Positions 61,352 to 64,000 of a DNA stretch of 64,000 nt are shown here, one piece after another; within the stretch, counting starts at the first letter, position 1, and every line of letters begins with the position of its first letter. Under the pieces are notes generated by a model. It had not been told where the DNA came from and did not search any database. It worked only from the letters and a program-made list of their open reading frames with translations. This stretch comes from Myxococcota bacterium (GTDB lineage: Bacteria; Myxococcota_A; UBA9160; UBA6930): the NCBI GenBank assembly GCA_036560185.1, contig DATBRS010000247.1:6049-70048 (forward strand), in the 5' to 3' direction. A program made the translations under genes and the position numbers.

Positions 61352-62518
61352 TCAATAACTCCGCGGTAGTCCTAGGACGTGCTCCGCGATGAAATTTCTC
61401 ACCATCTCGTTCGAGATCGGCGCGATGCGCGAGAGCCGACTCTCTCTCCAGTACCTCTCCACGTGAAACTCGCGCGCGTAGCCGAAGCCGCCGAGTGTCT
61501 GCAGCGCGACGTCGCAGGCGCGAAAGCCGGCCTCGCTTGCGCGCAGCTTGGCCATGTTCGCGAGGGGGCCCGCGGGCAGCTTCGCGTCGTAGCTCCAGGC
61601 CGCCTTCTGCCATAACAGATCGGCGGCCTCGAGCTCCGAGAGACAGTCCGCGAGCGGATGCGCGATCGCTTGGTTCTGCCCGATCGGACGATCGAACACG
61701 ATGCGCCCCTTCGCGTAGCGCGTCGCGACCTCGAGCGCGCGACGCCCGATGCCGACGGCCTCCGCCGCGATCACGATGCGCTCGGGGTTGAGGCCGTCGA
61801 GCAGGCAGTAGAAGCCGCGACCGACCTCGCCGACCACGTCGCTCGCCGCGACCGGCAGATCCTCGAGGTAGACCTCGTTCGAGTTGACGGCGTTGCGGCC
61901 GAGCTTCGGGATCGGGCGAATCTCGACGTGCTTCGGGTCGAGATCGGCGAGGAACAGCGTCATGCCGTCGAGCGGGCGCTGGCACTCCTCGCGCGGCGTC
62001 GTGCGCGCCAGCAGCAGGATCTTCTGCGCCTGCTGCGCCTTCGAGTTCCACACCTTCTTCCCGCTGACGACGAAGCCGTCGCCGGCGGGGCGCGCGAAGG
62101 TGCGGATGCGGCTCGTGTCGGTGCCGGCGTCATCCTCCGTCACGCCGAACGAGACGTGCAGCTCGCCCGTCGCGGTGGGCGGGAGCGTGCGCCGCTTCAG
62201 CTCCTCGCTGCCGTGATGGATCACCGGGCCCATGCCGAAGATCGAGAGATGCAGCGCCGACGCCGCGTTCTGCGCCCCCGCACTGTTCGCGACGGCATTC
62301 AGCAGTACGCCCGCGTGCAGCGTGCCGAGGCCCGCGCCGCCGTACGCCTCCGGCACGAGGATGCCGATCCAGCCGTTCTCCGCGAAGGCGCGATAGAACT
62401 CCCACGGAAACTCGTGGGCCTCGTCGCGCGCGCTCCAATAATCGTCGTCGAAGCGCTCGCACAGGCGCCGCGCCTCCGCGCGAATCGTTTCGAGCTCGCT
62501 GCCGAGATGGAAGTCCAT
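61352..62518 (-). CDS. Acyl-CoA dehydrogenase family protein
   Basis: ATG at 62518 (MDFHLGSELETIRAEA...). It contains FGVTEDDAGTDTS, DRPIGQNQAIAHPLAD, and GGFGYAREFHVERYWRESRL. The 703-aa track ORF fuses it to the antisense of the next gene. Confidence 0.85.
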   Translation of the reverse strand: MDFHLGSELETIRAEARRLCERFDDDYWSARDEAHEFPWEFYRAFAENGWIGILVPEAYGGAGLGTLHAGVLLNAVANSAGAQNAASALHLSIFGMGPVIHHGSEELKRRTLPPTATGELHVSFGVTEDDAGTDTSRIRTFARPAGDGFVVSGKKVWNSKAQQAQKILLLARTTPREECQRPLDGMTLFLADLDPKHVEIRPIPKLGRNAVNSNEVYLEDLPVAASDVVGEVGRGFYCLLDGLNPERIVIAAEAVGIGRRALEVATRYAKGRIVFDRPIGQNQAIAHPLADCLSELEAADLLWQKAAWSYDAKLPAGPLANMAKLRASEAGFRACDVALQTLGGFGYAREFHVERYWRESRLSRIAPISNEMVRNFIAEHVLGLPRSY

Positions 62519-62580
62519 CGCCGCACTCCGCCTTCGAGGCGCAGCGTAGACCGAACTGCGCCGCGGCCGCGGGCCCGCGC

Positions 62581-63387
62581 TCAGCGGCGCTGCGTCATCT
62601 CCGCGAGCTCCGCCGGCGGCCCGGCCGACGCGGTCCAGCCGCCGTCCACGATCACGGTCGTGCCGGTCACGAACGACGAGTCGTCGCTCGCGAGCCAGAG
62701 CGCGGCGTGGGCGATGTCGCGCGGCTGGCCAGCGCGGGCGATCGGCTGCACGCGCTTCAGCTGCTCCTCGACCAGCGCGGGGCTGATCGGCTCGGGCAAC
62801 CCCGGATTCGCCCAGAGCAGGGGCGTCAGCACGCCGCCTGGGCAGATCGCGTTCGCGCGGATGCCGTGCGGCGCGTACTCGATCGCCGCGACGCGCGTCA
62901 GCTGCACCACGCCGCCCTTCGCCGCGCCGTACGCGCCCTGATACTTCATGCCGAGGTGCGCCGAGACGGAGGCGGTGTTGACGATCGAGCCGCCGCCGGC
63001 AGCGATCAGGTGGGGAACGGCGTGCTTGATGCCGAGCCACACGGCCTTCAGGTCGACCGCGAGGATGCGGTCGAAGACGTCCTCCGGCGTCTCGTGGATC
63101 AGGCCCTCGGTTCCGCCGATGCCGGCGTTGTTGAACATCACGTCGAGCCGTCCGAAGTGCGCGGCCGCGGCGTCCACGAGCCGCTTCACGTCGGCGCTTC
63201 GGCTCACGTCGACGGCCAGCGCGATCGCGCTCTCGCCCAGTGACTTCGCGACCGCCTGCGCGAGCTCGGCCTGCACGTCGCCGATCGCGACGCGCGCGCC
63301 CTCCGCGACGAACAGGCGCGCCGAGGCCTCGCCCATGCCCGAGGCGCCGCCCGTAATCACCGCGACTTTCCCCGACAAGCGCCCCAT
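62581..63387 (-). CDS. SDR-family oxidoreductase
   Basis: ATG at 63387 (MGRLSGKVAVITGGASGMG). It has NNAG and YGAAKGGVVQLTR (YxxxK). Confidence 0.85.
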   Translation of the reverse strand: MGRLSGKVAVITGGASGMGEASARLFVAEGARVAIGDVQAELAQAVAKSLGESAIALAVDVSRSADVKRLVDAAAAHFGRLDVMFNNAGIGGTEGLIHETPEDVFDRILAVDLKAVWLGIKHAVPHLIAAGGGSIVNTASVSAHLGMKYQGAYGAAKGGVVQLTRVAAIEYAPHGIRANAICPGGVLTPLLWANPGLPEPISPALVEEQLKRVQPIARAGQPRDIAHAALWLASDDSSFVTGTTVIVDGGWTASAGPPAELAEMTQRR

Positions 63388-63517
63388 GCCTGACCTCCGG
63401 GCCGGCGCTCGTGCGCCCGCCGATGGAAAGTTTGCGCATCCGATACGAGTCATTCAAGCGCATCCTTAACTCGATCGCTCCTCATTGGTGTAGATTGCGG
63501 CCGAGGGGAGCACGACC

Positions 63518-63910
63518 ATGACCGAGCAGGAACGCCGCAACCTCGACGCCGCGAAGCGCTGGGAGGAGACCTACAACCACGACGTCGAGAAGATGGTCGA
63601 CGAGGTCTATGCCGCCGACTGCGAAGTCGTCGACGTGCTGCGCGGCGTGACGCTGCGCGGGCGCGAGCAACTGCGTGCACTCGAGCGGCGCATCCTCGAA
63701 ATGGCGCCCGCGCGCCGCATGCGAGTGCTCAAGGCCGTCGCGAGCGGCGACACCGTCGCGCTCGAGTGCGAGGGCGTCTTCCCGACCGGATCGTTCCCAG
63801 CGTGCGTGTTCCTCGTGTTCGACGCGCACGGTCGCGTGCAGCAGGACCACACCTACGCGCCGGATCCGTCGGGCATGACGGCGCAAGTGCACGCGGAAGC
63901 GAAGCGGTGA
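63518..63910 (+). CDS. NTF2-superfamily (SnoaL-like) protein
   Basis: 130 aa. It contains NLDAAKRWEETYNHDVEKMVDEVYAADCEV, typical of SnoaL-like polyketide-cyclase-fold proteins. Confidence 0.6.
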   Translation: MTEQERRNLDAAKRWEETYNHDVEKMVDEVYAADCEVVDVLRGVTLRGREQLRALERRILEMAPARRMRVLKAVASGDTVALECEGVFPTGSFPACVFLVFDAHGRVQQDHTYAPDPSGMTAQVHAEAKR

Positions 63911-63965
63911 CGCGAGCGCGCGGGCGAACGGAGCACCGCGCGTGCTTGAACGCACGCGGTGCCGT

Positions 63966-64000
63966 GTGAGCGAGCGCGTCGCCGTCGTCGGCGCGGGCAT
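63966..64000 (+). CDS. Start of a probable FAD/NAD(P)-binding oxidoreductase (partial, 11 codons)
   Basis: GTG AGC GAG CGC GTC GCC GTC GTC GGC GCG GGC translates to VSERVAVVGAG, a Rossmann GxGxxG beginning. The fragment is truncated by the window edge. Confidence 0.3.
   Translation, partial: MSERVAVVGAG

Noticed and set aside
1-64000. CRISPR arrays, tandem or interspersed repeats, IS elements, prophage or defence-system genes.
   Set aside because: I saw no regularly spaced direct repeats, no transposase, integrase or recombinase-like translations, and no nuclease, ATPase or methylase combinations typical of defence islands. I cannot exclude short dispersed repeats without a computational self-comparison.

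Overview
This is a 64-kb fragment of a very GC-rich (about 70%) bacterial chromosome. Gene content (AgmX/PglI-tail protein, DUF11 surface protein, MmyB-like regulator, P450, F420-type enzymes) suggests a Myxococcota/deltaproteobacterial-like organism, but I cannot confirm that without a search. I support about 57 protein-coding genes and two tRNAs: tRNA-Arg(UCU) on the minus strand and tRNA-His(GUG) on the plus strand. I found no rRNA, CRISPR array, transposase, integrase or phage genes. Many long ORFs in the track are antisense artefacts of the high GC content, with Arg/Ala/Gly/Pro-rich translations, and I ignored them. Two loci stand out. (1) At 4.9-14.6 kb, a tightly packed nine-gene minus-strand operon encodes a TolQ/ExbB-like channel, two ExbD/TolR-like proteins, an AgmX/PglI-tail (TonB-C-like) protein, three TPR proteins and two small secreted proteins. 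It resembles the function-unknown 'core' of the myxobacterial Agl-Glt machinery. It sits just upstream of a 1457-aa DUF11 surface protein whose frame is broken by one in-frame TAG. (2) At 38.6-58.8 kb, a roughly 20-kb membrane-lipid locus is centred on a serine-palmitoyltransferase-like alpha-oxoamine synthase. It also holds an E2/CAT-fold acyltransferase-like protein lacking the canonical His, an SDR, and a DAGK-type lipid kinase. It further holds a possible Tam41-like nucleotidyltransferase, two paralogous fusions of a degenerate nucleotidyltransferase domain to a CDP-alcohol phosphotransferase, and two stand-alone nucleotidyltransferases. The rest of the locus is a metallophosphoesterase, a TagB/TagF-like transferase, a sulfotransferase, a membrane desaturase/hydroxylase, a single-polypeptide LptF-LptG fusion, a PhyH dioxygenase and a TonB-dependent receptor. 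I read this as a candidate, apparently undescribed, pathway for a phospho(sphingo)lipid headgroup plus its export. The remainder is ordinary catabolic and efflux content: acyl-CoA dehydrogenases, SDRs, amidohydrolases, EmrAB-type efflux with TetR, alkyl sulfatase, an arylsulfotransferase-like protein, and an IDO-like dioxygenase coupled to a PAP2 phosphatase. All functional calls come from reading motifs in the translations; no database search was possible.
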